Positions 1-8,824 are shown, counted from the stretch's first letter. The stretch is 35,332 bases of DNA from Spirochaetia bacterium (GCA_049511935.1 JBEKXR010000001.1:1-35332); one strand, 5' to 3'. Translations and numbers: made by a program. Notes: generated by a model not told the origin, from the letters alone.

Positions 1-533
1 CCCCGCCTCTCGTCGGTTTCCGCCTGGTTGCCCTCGATGCTGAGCACGGGAACGACGTTGCGCAGCCGGGAGAGCCGGGCGATGAGCTCAGGGCTCAGAA
101 GGAGACCGTTCGTCACGAGCAGGAACACGATATGGGGAAAGTCACGGGCAATATCGACGATCTCGGGACGAGTCAGCGGCTCTCCACCCGCGATCACGAA
201 GAAGGAGATCCCCAGCTCATCGGCCTCGGCCACGATGCTCCGCATCCTCTCGGAAGAGAGCTCGTCCGGCGCGTCACCCCGGATTGCCTGCGCATAGCAG
301 CCCTTGCACCGCAGGTTGCACTTGTTGGTGATGCTGAAAATCGCGATGGGGGGGACGGTGATGCCTTCCGCCGCCACCCGACCGCGCCGGCGGGCGGCCG
401 CTGCCTGCCAGAAGACCGTCCGCACGAAGAACAGCGCCTGGCTGGGGTGTCGGAGGCTCACCCGCACGAACTCGGAGAAGAAGATGCGGATGCCCTGGTT
501 GAGCTTCGAGGTCGCGGACATTTGTATTGCCAT
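1..533 (-). CDS. radical SAM protein, N-terminal part (gene runs off the left edge)
   Basis: Absent from the ORF track because it has no stop in the window. Reverse-strand ATG at 533-531 is preceded by AGAGGAGA. Translation MAIQMSATSKLNQG...PPIAIFSITNKCNLRCKGCYAQ...ISFFVIAGGEPLTRPE shows the CxxxCxxC cluster motif and the GGEP motif. Confidence 0.85.
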   Translation of the reverse strand, partial: MAIQMSATSKLNQGIRIFFSEFVRVSLRHPSQALFFVRTVFWQAAAARRRGRVAAEGITVPPIAIFSITNKCNLRCKGCYAQAIRGDAPDELSSERMRSIVAEADELGISFFVIAGGEPLTRPEIVDIARDFPHIVFLLVTNGLLLSPELIARLSRLRNVVPVLSIEGNQAETDERR

Positions 534-670
534 GGTCGAGATGATCTCCTCTGCTCAAAGAATGGGGGAAGGCTCCGCAGCTTAGCACGCGCGAGGCATT
601 CCACACCAATGGAACACCGCAGAAGGGTGATCGTGTTCCCTTGCGTCAGTGTCGGAACACCAGAAACTCC

Positions 671-686
671 TGAGCAAATTTGCTCA
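671..686. promoter_or_regulatory. perfect 16-bp palindrome TGAGCAAATTTGCTCA, candidate operator
   Basis: Read directly. It is AT-rich and self-complementary. It lies 2 nt (687-688) downstream of the DUF2784 stop and about 140 nt upstream of the radical SAM start on the minus strand. Confidence 0.3.
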
Positions 687-688
687 AA

Positions 689-1093
689 TCATGGTGATGT
701 GTCTCTCATCCGCGGGGCCACGAGGATGAAGGTGAATCCAACAAGAAGGGCAAAGCCCACGTACGCAGCGAGGAAAACCCAGGCCGGGAAGTCGTAGAAG
801 ATGAGGCTACGCACCAAACGTGCGATGAAAGAGATCTGCCCCTCCACCCGCTGACCTGCCATCGTGCGCAGCAGGTGCTCCCATATAGTCAGTGGACATT
901 GGGCGCCCGCCAAGGCTTCCACGGCTACGAGCGCGACGGATGCCAGGTGGACGATTCGGAAGCGGAGATCGCGAACCCAGCGCCAGCGGAACAGGCCGCC
1001 CAGAAGGATAACAACCTCGCCTCCGAGAGTGAATCCAACGTAGCAGAAATGGACTGCGACGATGACGTCAGCAAGCACGGCAAAACGAGCCAT
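689..1093 (-). CDS. DUF2784-like small membrane protein
   Basis: 134-aa ORF with three or four hydrophobic segments and a central QCPLT motif typical of DUF2784. AGGAGG lies 5 nt upstream of the ATG. Confidence 0.7.
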   Translation of the reverse strand: MARFAVLADVIVAVHFCYVGFTLGGEVVILLGGLFRWRWVRDLRFRIVHLASVALVAVEALAGAQCPLTIWEHLLRTMAGQRVEGQISFIARLVRSLIFYDFPAWVFLAAYVGFALLVGFTFILVAPRMRDTSP

Positions 1094-1157
1094 TCTGCCT
1101 CCTGGGAAGGCTCTGCATCACATCAGTCTGGCCTGGGCTGTCTTCCTCGGAGTGCGC

Positions 1158-1487
1158 CTAGAGAAGCTGGGTGCGGATCCTGTTGCCCATCCACTGAGCG
1201 TCTTTCTCGATCAGCGGCCCGGCCTCCCTCGCATCGTCTTCGCACAGTGAAATGAGCTTGCCCAGGTCCGAGGCGCTCGTCTGGTACTCGATGAAGAAAC
1301 GGTCCTTCCCCAGGCCGGAGAGGACCTCCGCGAGGTCGCACAGCAGCACACAGGCTTTCATGCCCTTCAGGAAAGCGGGGTTCATCGGAGCGCGGCGGAT
1401 CACCCTGCGGGAGAGCTCCGAGCGGATCCGGTCGCGCTCCCTGAAAATTCGCTCCAGCTCTCGTCGAATCCCTTCCAGGTCAGACAT
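1158..1487 (-). CDS. hypothetical protein (109 aa)
   Basis: ORF in the same orientation as its neighbours, with protein-like composition (MSDLEGIRRELERIF...). No recognisable motif and a weak RBS. Confidence 0.5.
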   Translation of the reverse strand: MSDLEGIRRELERIFRERDRIRSELSRRVIRRAPMNPAFLKGMKACVLLCDLAEVLSGLGKDRFFIEYQTSASDLGKLISLCEDDAREAGPLIEKDAQWMGNRIRTQLL

Positions 1488-1574
1488 CTACAAGGAACGA
1501 CTCCATGGGCCGAACGTCAAGCGACAGTCTCTGCGGCTATCCCCGCAGGCGGGCGCCTTCATACTCCGGGGCAT

Positions 1575-1862
1575 TCACCTTTTCCTCATCCCCTTCGGAA
1601 CGTAATCGAAAAAGCGTTCAATGGTGTTGCCGGATGTCCACTCCGCTCTCAGGCGGGTCTTTTTCTCAACCTTTCTCAGCGCCGAAAGGAATGCTCGGTT
1701 CAAATCACGCGCGTTTTCGCCCGTCATATTCGCGGTGATATCGAAGCCGCTCTCGGTTTTCTTGATCGAGCCATTCTTGATCAGGTTATCGAGGGCTTCC
1801 TTGATCTGAGTGACTCTTTCAGTGCTGATGCTCGCGACGAGTGTGAATTTTTTTCCCGCCAT
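1575..1862 (-). CDS. hypothetical protein (95 aa), visibly more AT-rich than flanks
   Basis: The ATG lies 1 nt after the TAA of the upstream MFS gene (TAA-T-ATG). The product is lysine-rich and well balanced (MAGKKFTLVASISTERVTQIKEALDNLIKNG...). No family recognised. Confidence 0.6.
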   Translation of the reverse strand: MAGKKFTLVASISTERVTQIKEALDNLIKNGSIKKTESGFDITANMTGENARDLNRAFLSALRKVEKKTRLRAEWTSGNTIERFFDYVPKGMRKR

Positions 1863-1863
1863 A

Positions 1864-3384
1864 TTACTCAGCTTTACCTGGTTGACTCATCAGCTGAACA
1901 CCAGCTCCCCGATTTTCCCTGCCGCGCACGAGTGAGAATCCGGCCGCAAGCACACAGAGGACGATCGAAACGACGAACGCGCTTCGGATCCCCACGACGA
2001 ACGCCTGCATCGTCTGCGAGCCCAAGGTGACGTTCGTTCCGACGAAGAGCTGCATCATCGCATCCCGCGGAAGGCTGCCGGCTGCAACTGCCAGCGCAAG
2101 AGCGAAGCTGGTCACCATGCCCGTCTGCCGCAGCGTGGCAAGGGTTGCCGAAGCGATTCCCAGGCGGTGCCTCGGCGCTCCGTTCAGTGCGGCACTCGTG
2201 TTGGGGGAAAAGAAAAGTCCGGTGCCAAGCCCGACCAACACGAGCCCGACGACGATGGTGCCATAGCTGGTGGTTGGCGACAGCCTGGTCACGAACCATA
2301 CGAGCGCCGCTGCCTGAAGCAGGAGGCCAGCGGTGGCGGGGACACGCGCGCCGATGCGATCAGCCAGCATGCCGCTCAGCGGCCCCGCCACTGCGCTCAT
2401 GATGGAAAGCGGAATGAGGAAGAGGGCCGCGGTAAGCGGGCTGTAGCCACGCACTCCCTGGAAGTAGAAGACGATGAGGAAGTTGACGGCAAACATGGCA
2501 AGGGACTGCAACATCGCTGCCACGACGGAAAAACTGTAAACCCGATTCTTGAAAAGCGAGAGATCGAGCACAGGGTTCGCCACGCGCCGCTCCCGCATGA
2601 GAAAGACGGCCAGCATCACGACGAACAGGGCGAACAACGACAGGATCGGGAGCGAGATCCAGCTCAACTGGATGCCAAGCGTGAGCGCGAAGAGCAGAGC
2701 CACCAGTCCAAGGCTGAACATGGCAGCCCCACCGAAGTCGAACCTCTCGGTCTTGTTCCGCGTCGACATCTCCTTCAGCGCGAGGTAGCCCCATACGGTG
2801 CCCAGTATCCCGATGGGCACGTTGATGTAGAAGATCCATCGCCAGTTCGCAGCCGCGAGGATCAACCCGCCCAGGAGGGGGCCGGCGATACCTCCAACCG
2901 CCCAGGTCACGCCGTTTATTCCCAGCGCCCGCCCCCGCTGCTGTGGGGGGAAGACCTCCGCGATGATCGCAGGGCTGTTCACCATCATGAAGGCAGCCCC
3001 GGCGCCCTGCACGAGCCGGAAGGCGATGAGCTGCGTCGCGCTCTGCGATAAGCCGCAGAGCGCAGAGCCGACGGTGAAGATGACGAAGCCGAGGTTGTAC
3101 ATTCGCACGCGTCCGAACATGTCCGCAATGCGTCCGAACGTCAAAAGGCAGACGGTGCTGATGAGAATATAGGCCATGATGACCCATACCATCTCGACCA
3201 GGCCCGCGTGCAGCTTCACCATCATGTCGGGAAGAGCCAGGATCACGATGGTGCCGTCGATCGCCGCCATCAGGGCGCCGATTGTCGTCACGCTGAGCGC
3301 GATCCACTTGTAGTCTATTCTCCGATGCAGAGCAGGACCCGCAGGGGATTCCGCAGATGCCGTGCTCTCTCCGCTCTCTTTCAT
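1864..3384 (-). CDS. MFS transporter, DHA2 (EmrB/QacA-like, about 14 TMS)
   Basis: The 541-aa ORF is trimmed to the ATG at 3384 (MKESGEST...), which is preceded by AGGAGAGG. It has many TM segments and MFS motifs such as GRIADMFGRVRMY and LVQGAGAA. Confidence 0.9.
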   Translation of the reverse strand: MKESGESTASAESPAGPALHRRIDYKWIALSVTTIGALMAAIDGTIVILALPDMMVKLHAGLVEMVWVIMAYILISTVCLLTFGRIADMFGRVRMYNLGFVIFTVGSALCGLSQSATQLIAFRLVQGAGAAFMMVNSPAIIAEVFPPQQRGRALGINGVTWAVGGIAGPLLGGLILAAANWRWIFYINVPIGILGTVWGYLALKEMSTRNKTERFDFGGAAMFSLGLVALLFALTLGIQLSWISLPILSLFALFVVMLAVFLMRERRVANPVLDLSLFKNRVYSFSVVAAMLQSLAMFAVNFLIVFYFQGVRGYSPLTAALFLIPLSIMSAVAGPLSGMLADRIGARVPATAGLLLQAAALVWFVTRLSPTTSYGTIVVGLVLVGLGTGLFFSPNTSAALNGAPRHRLGIASATLATLRQTGMVTSFALALAVAAGSLPRDAMMQLFVGTNVTLGSQTMQAFVVGIRSAFVVSIVLCVLAAGFSLVRGRENRGAGVQLMSQPGKAE

Positions 3385-3442
3385 CCTCTCCTCTTTCTCA
3401 GCGCCATCTCGAGGGAGAGCACGGCGTCTGAAGGCGATTAGC

Positions 3443-3742
3443 TCAGTCGGCCTCTTTGAGTCCGGCGGACGCTGTGTACAATGCGCCAACCCCGCTCAGG
3501 TGATAGGCGACCCGCAGAGCTTCAGCCATCTCCTGGCTCGTGGCGCCTGCTTTCTTTGCCTGGCTCGCGAGGCTCCGCACCCCGTTCTCCGCGCCATGAG
3601 CCGCATCAAACGCCATGGCAATGAGAAGCTTCACCTTTCGCGGCAGGGCCCCGTCCGCATAGATGAATTCATTCTGCTCCCGAACACGCTTCAGAAAGTC
3701 GGGATCGATTCTTCCAAGCATTTCCAATGGATCAAAAGGCAT
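3443..3742 (-). CDS. carboxymuconolactone decarboxylase (AhpD-like) family protein
   Basis: 99 aa with the pattern ...DGALPRKVKLLIAMAFDAAHGAENGV...E..EAL.VA typical of the CMD family. AAGGAGGAG RBS. Confidence 0.8.
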   Translation of the reverse strand: MPFDPLEMLGRIDPDFLKRVREQNEFIYADGALPRKVKLLIAMAFDAAHGAENGVRSLASQAKKAGATSQEMAEALRVAYHLSGVGALYTASAGLKEAD

Positions 3743-3800
3743 ACTCTCCTCCTTGGGAGAACAATCTTATCCATATCAACGTATTTCTGCAAAGCGTCGA

Positions 3801-4559
3801 TCACGACCCTGGGGGAGATATCCTCATCATCACCTTGCTCCAGGATTCAGTGACGAGGAAGCTCTCGTCCATCTCTGACACCATGCGAAGGAACTTCGGC
3901 CATGGGATGGCCAGCGTCAACTCGCCGGGCGGCACCCACGGACGGGCCGACACGTCGAACATGCCCAAAACCGCCTTCTGATGGGAGGACTGCAGCTCAC
4001 GGTAAGGGTAGTGGACAATCGAGGAGCAGCCGGAACCCATTGGGGCAACCACCGCCTGAGAATCGCTTTCGTCAAAGTTTGCCAGGGCAAACAAACCGGA
4101 CAGCACATCTGGTTGAGCGAAGAAGATGACCACGGCAGGATCATCGCTCTCAGCCAACTTGTCCCAACGCTTGAACACGATCAGCCCGGCAGGAGCCGGC
4201 ATGTGCGGTTCACGTTTGAATTGCTCTGCGACCAGCTCCTGGGAAGCCTTATAACGCTCCCCTGCCAATTGCCCAGGGATCCCGCACGAAAGGAAATAGT
4301 TGAAGTCGGGTCGCAGGCGTTGGGCAAAGCCCAGGTAGCATCTCCCCCCGGCGCAGCCGATGGTGTTGCTTGCGAAGCTGAGGGACTCCCCGGCGCGCAC
4401 CCTTGCCAGGTCACGGATCAGGCAGTGCATTCCCGGATAGGGCTTGACTGGCTCAGCCTGTTGTTCGTCATTTGTATAAAAGAGGCAGATTGGCAGTGAT
4501 GCACTCCGAAAAAAGCGCTCCCATTTCTCGGCAAACTGTTGCTTGAGTCCGTTCTGCAT
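3801..4559 (-). CDS. DUF169 domain protein
   Basis: 252 aa with DUF169-like blocks (CAGGRCYLGF, VVAPMGSGCSS, DVSARPW). GGGAGGA RBS. Confidence 0.8.
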   Translation of the reverse strand: MQNGLKQQFAEKWERFFRSASLPICLFYTNDEQQAEPVKPYPGMHCLIRDLARVRAGESLSFASNTIGCAGGRCYLGFAQRLRPDFNYFLSCGIPGQLAGERYKASQELVAEQFKREPHMPAPAGLIVFKRWDKLAESDDPAVVIFFAQPDVLSGLFALANFDESDSQAVVAPMGSGCSSIVHYPYRELQSSHQKAVLGMFDVSARPWVPPGELTLAIPWPKFLRMVSEMDESFLVTESWSKVMMRISPPGS

Positions 4560-4792
4560 GGCGATCCTCCCATTCTGGCAGCGGACAGAGGTGTCACTTC
4601 GGCGGGGGCTCTGTCACTCGTCCAGCACGATGAGGAGACGATCTTCTCAAAAATGCCGGGGATGTTCTCCCGCTCCATGAATCATCATGCACCGAGATCC
4701 AGGTCCATTCCATAAATGCAGGATAAAAAGAGAATAACAGTGCGCTATATAACAAGCCTTCACAGCCCAGACGGGACCTCTGTCATGCGTAG

Positions 4793-5008
4793 GGCCGAGG
4801 ATGCTCAACTATTGACACTCGGCATACCGATTGCGAGGATATCTGAATCGCCGAAAATTGTATCAGCATCCTTGTCATCTTCGTGCCCATCTCCTGTTCG
4901 TACGTCCATCGGATCGCTGTCGAGGAAAGGGCGCTTATCGAGCACTTCGGAGCCGCCTATGTCGAGTACGCCAGGAGGACGAAAAGGCTGGTGCCGAAGG
5001 TCTTCTGA
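4793..5008 (+). pseudogene. remnant of an isoprenylcysteine carboxyl / phospholipid methyltransferase (ICMT/PEMT-family) C-terminus
   Basis: The frame whose codons start at 4847, 4931 and so on reads ...TRHTDCEDI*IAENCISILVIFVPISCSYVHRIAVEERALIEHFGAAYVEYARRTKRLVPKVF*. The RI..EE..L...FG..Y..Y..RT.RL.P tail is the family signature. There is an in-frame TGA at 4844-4846, a TAG at 4790, and no start codon or N-terminal membrane domain. Confidence 0.5.
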
Positions 5009-5075
5009 TCGAGGGAACCGCAACGTCGTGTGGAAGGCTCTCATCGATATCGTGCGGGGCTAAAAGGGGGAGCAA

Positions 5076-5894
5076 ATGGCGATCAAAGGCGAGTGGATCC
5101 GCTACGGAGAAGGGTCGGGCTACTTCGCAAGGCCTGAGAGGGCGACGGCGCCCCTGCCCGGCGTGCTGGTCATCCAGGAAATCGGAGGAGTCAACGCACA
5201 AATCGAGGACGTGACGCGCCGCGTCGCTGCTGCGGGCTACGCGGCACTGGCGCCCGACCTGTTCGCGGTGGACGGCAAGCGGCCAGAGGCACTGGCGAAA
5301 GAGAGGATCGCGGAGGCCTTCGGCTTCGCGGCCAGGCTTCCGCCCGGCACCATGGTCGATCCTGCGAACAGGGAAGTGGAGCTGGCAAAGCTCGGGGAGG
5401 CCGAAAAGATCAGGATCGGGGAAACCTTCGGCCAGATGTTCTCGTTCGCCGGGCCGGGGCGTGCGGAGTCCCTCATGGGCCCACTCGCCCGGGCCTTCCG
5501 CCACCTCCACGAGGAACGCGCCGAGACACGAGGGCAGAAGATCGCGTGCGTGGGTTTCTGCATGGGCGGCGGGCTGTCGGCCCTCCTCGCCTGCGAGGAG
5601 CCCGAGCTTTCCGGCGCCGCCGTCTTCTACGGCATGACGCCGTCCGTCGAGAAGATCGCCAAAATCAACTGCCCCGTCATCGCCTTCTACGGGGCCAAGG
5701 ACCAGCGCGTCAACGCGGGCATTCTCGGCTTCCAGGATGCGATGCGCGCGGCGGGGAAATCGTTCGAACACCATGTATACGACGGGGCGGGCCACGCTTT
5801 CTTCAACGACGACGCGGCCTCATACGACGTGAAGGCGGCCCGCGACTCCTTCGCGCGTCTCCTGGCCTTCTTTTCGAAGACGCTCTCGGGCTAG
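5076..5894 (+). CDS. dienelactone hydrolase family protein
   Basis: 272 aa with PGVLVIQEIGGVN, the nucleophile motif GFCMGGG and a C-terminal GAGHAF. AAGGGGGAG RBS. Confidence 0.9.
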   Translation: MAIKGEWIRYGEGSGYFARPERATAPLPGVLVIQEIGGVNAQIEDVTRRVAAAGYAALAPDLFAVDGKRPEALAKERIAEAFGFAARLPPGTMVDPANREVELAKLGEAEKIRIGETFGQMFSFAGPGRAESLMGPLARAFRHLHEERAETRGQKIACVGFCMGGGLSALLACEEPELSGAAVFYGMTPSVEKIAKINCPVIAFYGAKDQRVNAGILGFQDAMRAAGKSFEHHVYDGAGHAFFNDDAASYDVKAARDSFARLLAFFSKTLSG

Positions 5895-5903
5895 GGGCAA
5901 ACG

Positions 5904-7130
5904 ATGGATTCGCCGCGACCACGGTACGAACAGTCCTGGCGAGCGGGAGCGAGCGCCCCCCGTTCGAGCGGTTCTCCGCACTCCGTGGCATTCCGCCGAG
6001 AATGCCTCGTGATGGCCAAGCCCGCGGGGCCGCGCTGCAACATGCGCTGCGCGTACTGCTACTACCTCGGGAAGGAGGCGACGCTGCCGAGGGGCCCGGG
6101 CCGCCTGCCAATGGACATGCTCGAGCGCTACATCGAGCAGAGGCTCCAAGCCTCGAGCGGGCCTGTCGTACACTTCGAATGGCACGGAGGAGAGCCCACG
6201 CTCCTGGGGTTGGACTACTTCCGCTCGATTGTAAGGATGCAGCGTGCGCACGTACCCCCGGGGCGCGAGGTCTCCAACGGTCTGCAGACGAATGGCTACC
6301 TCCTGGATGGGGCCTGGGCAGGTTTCCTGGCCAGGGAAGGCTTCTCCGTAGGCTTGAGCCTGGATGGGCCAGCAGAACTGCACGATGCGTTCAGGAGGAG
6401 CGCCGACGGCGGGCCCACGCATGCACGGGTCGAGCGGGCGTTTGCCCACCTGAAGGAGAGGGGCGTCTTCGTCAACCTGCTGTGCGTGCTCCATGCCCGG
6501 AACTCCGGGGAACCGGACATGGTCTATGATTATTTCCGCGGGCTCGGAGCGACACACTTCCAATTCCTGCCCTTGGTCGCAGGAAACACGGGCTCCACGG
6601 CGGCGGAGCCGGTGACAGTCGGGGAGTTCCTCTGCCGCATATTCGACCGCTGGATCAGCGAGGGCGCGGGCCGGGTGGTGATCCAGAACATCGACGAGGC
6701 GCTCCGCCCGATCTACGGGCTTCCACACGCCCTCTGCGTCCACCGCGAAACCTGTGGCGAGGTCGCGGTGCTCGAGCGGGATGGAGGCTTCTACGCCTGC
6801 GACCATTTCGTCGATGCGGATCACCTCATCGGGAACCTGAGCGAGCGGAGCCTGGCGGACATGGCTGCTGACCCGCGCATGATCGCATTCGGCAACGCGA
6901 AGCGCGACACGCTGCCCCGGGAATGCCGCGAGTGCGACCTGCTTTCCTGGTGCAATGGCGGATGCCCGAAGGACCGCGATCCCGCCGCCCCCGGCGAGGC
7001 TGGCGGCGTCAACAGGCTCTGTCCCGCCTACAAGAGGTTCTTCGGGCACAGCAGGCCGGAGCTGACGCGATTGGCGGCGCATATGCGCTTGGGCCGCCCA
7101 CTCAGGGAATTCAAGCCGCGTGCATCCTGA
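5904..7130 (+). CDS. radical SAM/SPASM enzyme, anaerobic sulfatase maturase-like
   Basis: Motifs KPAGPRCNMRCAYCYY (CxxxCxxC), WHGGEPTL, and C-terminal Cys clusters (CRECDLLSWCNGGCPKDR). The start is uncertain: ATG 5904 or an in-frame GTG at 5985. Confidence 0.85.
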   Translation: MDSPRPRYEQSWRAGASAPRSSGSPHSVAFRRECLVMAKPAGPRCNMRCAYCYYLGKEATLPRGPGRLPMDMLERYIEQRLQASSGPVVHFEWHGGEPTLLGLDYFRSIVRMQRAHVPPGREVSNGLQTNGYLLDGAWAGFLAREGFSVGLSLDGPAELHDAFRRSADGGPTHARVERAFAHLKERGVFVNLLCVLHARNSGEPDMVYDYFRGLGATHFQFLPLVAGNTGSTAAEPVTVGEFLCRIFDRWISEGAGRVVIQNIDEALRPIYGLPHALCVHRETCGEVAVLERDGGFYACDHFVDADHLIGNLSERSLADMAADPRMIAFGNAKRDTLPRECRECDLLSWCNGGCPKDRDPAAPGEAGGVNRLCPAYKRFFGHSRPELTRLAAHMRLGRPLREFKPRAS

Positions 7131-7320
7131 TCGATTGCCCGCGGGGAGACGGCCTGCTCCTTTCGAGGGTGGATTTGACTTCGCATCGCCAGGGTTCTAC
7201 CTATATTTCGACCTGCGACGGATTCATTGAGACCCTGTCAATGTTCTACTCGGCTGACAAGCTCTCCTCGGTGTTGAATTCCCGCGCCCGAGGAGCGTGG
7301 ATGAAGCTCCGTCTCCTCCG

Positions 7321-8301
7321 CTATCCGGCGCTTACCGGCGCGGCGTAGCCCAGACCGAAACGATCCGTGACCGGTATGCTGATGTGGCGTTCCCGAATCT
7401 GCCGGAATCGCTCGGGGTCAGTGACCACCTCTGCGGGCCGCCGGACGCTTCGCACGAGGAAATCCGCCTCGGGGGGGTAGCAGGCTATCGGCACCCCGTT
7501 CTCCGGATCGAATTGGGCATCCCCCTGCAGACGAGTCACTTTCGCGTTGGTAGGGAGGTTCGCGTTCTGGTAGCGAAGGTCCATGCTCCATCGCACCTGG
7601 TCGGTCTTGTTTTTGAAACTTGCATGGGCAGTCCGATTCGTCACCAGCAGGACTCCCCCCTTGCGCACCGGACACGCGAAGCGGTGCCCCGTTCTGGGAA
7701 ACTCCGAGGGTTCGATCTGGAGGTATTTCCCGTTCTCGGATATTCGATGACGGACGACCGGACTGCGGTGACTCCCCGGCATCACCCACATGCACCCGTT
7801 CTGCTCGTTCGCATCGACGAGGGGGAGCCACATGGTGACGACCAGGCTCTTGTCGCAGTAGGGCTCGAAGTAGCTTGAATCCTGATGCCAGGGCACTTCG
7901 CCATACCCATAGTTGGGTATCTTTGGGCGCAGGCGGTACACGGAGCTCGCGATAATCTCCTCACCGACCAGCTGCTCGGCGATATTCACCAGGTTGGGAT
8001 TCCCGATCAGGTGAAAAATCGCGGGCCCGTGCAGGAATCCATTCCAGATATCCAGGGCGATCTTGTCCGTCTCCTGGCTGATGCGGGCAAGCCGGGTCTC
8101 GAAACCTTCCTCCTCGTACTGGCGCGTGAGCTTACCGGCCGCGAAAAGCGCCCGCGCACGCTTGTCTATCTCCCCGCTGATCTGGTCGATGACCGGCTGA
8201 AGCTCTTCTTTCGGGATCACCCCGTCGAGGACGACGTATCCTTCCTTGTGAAAGAAAGAGATTTCTTCCGCCGTCATGATCCGACCTGTCGATTGAACCA
8301 T
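7321..8301 (-). CDS. phytanoyl-CoA dioxygenase (PhyH) family Fe(II)/2-oxoglutarate oxygenase
   Basis: Motifs TAEEISFFHKEGYVVLDG, PWHQDSSY (HxD) and TNRTAHAS. The first codon of the listed ORF is TTG, so I prefer the ATG at 8301 (or 8277). Confidence 0.85.
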   Translation of the reverse strand: MVQSTGRIMTAEEISFFHKEGYVVLDGVIPKEELQPVIDQISGEIDKRARALFAAGKLTRQYEEEGFETRLARISQETDKIALDIWNGFLHGPAIFHLIGNPNLVNIAEQLVGEEIIASSVYRLRPKIPNYGYGEVPWHQDSSYFEPYCDKSLVVTMWLPLVDANEQNGCMWVMPGSHRSPVVRHRISENGKYLQIEPSEFPRTGHRFACPVRKGGVLLVTNRTAHASFKNKTDQVRWSMDLRYQNANLPTNAKVTRLQGDAQFDPENGVPIACYPPEADFLVRSVRRPAEVVTDPERFRQIRERHISIPVTDRFGLGYAAPVSAG

Positions 8302-8379
8302 TCCGCTCACCCCCGGGAAAAAATAGCGATGCGGGATGTGCCGGGTCAAGGAAACGAGGCGCTCCTTCGAGGCACGCGC

Positions 8380-8811
8380 TCACTCCCAGCTGATCTTGAA
8401 GCCGCCCGCGCTCATCTCGATCGTAGGAGGACGCCGGCGTGTCAGGATGGCCACGGCGGTGAGGCCACCGGTGAGCACGCAGACGGCGCCGCCCCCCACG
8501 AGCAGACCGAGCTTGCTGGTCGGCTCGGGATCCAGAAACGCCAGGACCACCATCATGACACCGGCGGCGCTGACCCCGGCCGCGACGCCAACGGCCGCCC
8601 AGTCCGCCGGGGAGAGACCGGCCTTGATCCCCATTGAGACGAGGGATTGGCGCTCTGGATCGATCCCGACATTCGCGTCATCCACGAGGAGAACGGGTTT
8701 CCTGTCGCGGTAGGCTTGTGCAAGGCGCGGGAACCATCCCGGCTGGCTGGTGCGGATCACCGTGTCCGCTTCCTCGATCTTCTCAGGCAGGCGTGACCAG
8801 GGAAACCTCAT
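8380..8811 (-). CDS. hypothetical membrane protein (143 aa, two C-terminal TM helices)
   Basis: Starts 13 nt after the aldehyde dehydrogenase stop. It has Gly/Ala-rich hydrophobic segments AAVGVAAGVSAAGVMMVVLAFL and LGLLVGGGAVCVLTGGLTAVAIL. Confidence 0.55.
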   Translation of the reverse strand: MRFPWSRLPEKIEEADTVIRTSQPGWFPRLAQAYRDRKPVLLVDDANVGIDPERQSLVSMGIKAGLSPADWAAVGVAAGVSAAGVMMVVLAFLDPEPTSKLGLLVGGGAVCVLTGGLTAVAILTRRRPPTIEMSAGGFKISWE

Positions 8812-8824
8812 GCCGGGCTCACCC

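Noticed and set aside
4716-5063. 115-aa ORF in the DUF169/DLH spacer
   Set aside because: It is Ser-rich and low-complexity, has no RBS, and overlaps the recognisable methyltransferase remnant in a different frame.
7131-7320. Small precursor peptide or RNA gene in the anSME/PhyH convergent spacer
   Set aside because: The only candidate (MFYSADKLSSVLNSRARGAWMKLRLLRYPALTGAA, within ORF 6923-7348) has no RBS, no Cys or C/SxPxR-type motif and is not compelling. There is only a weak hairpin (GAGGAG...CTCCTC, 7290-7318) without a U-tract, and no tRNA-like T-loop.
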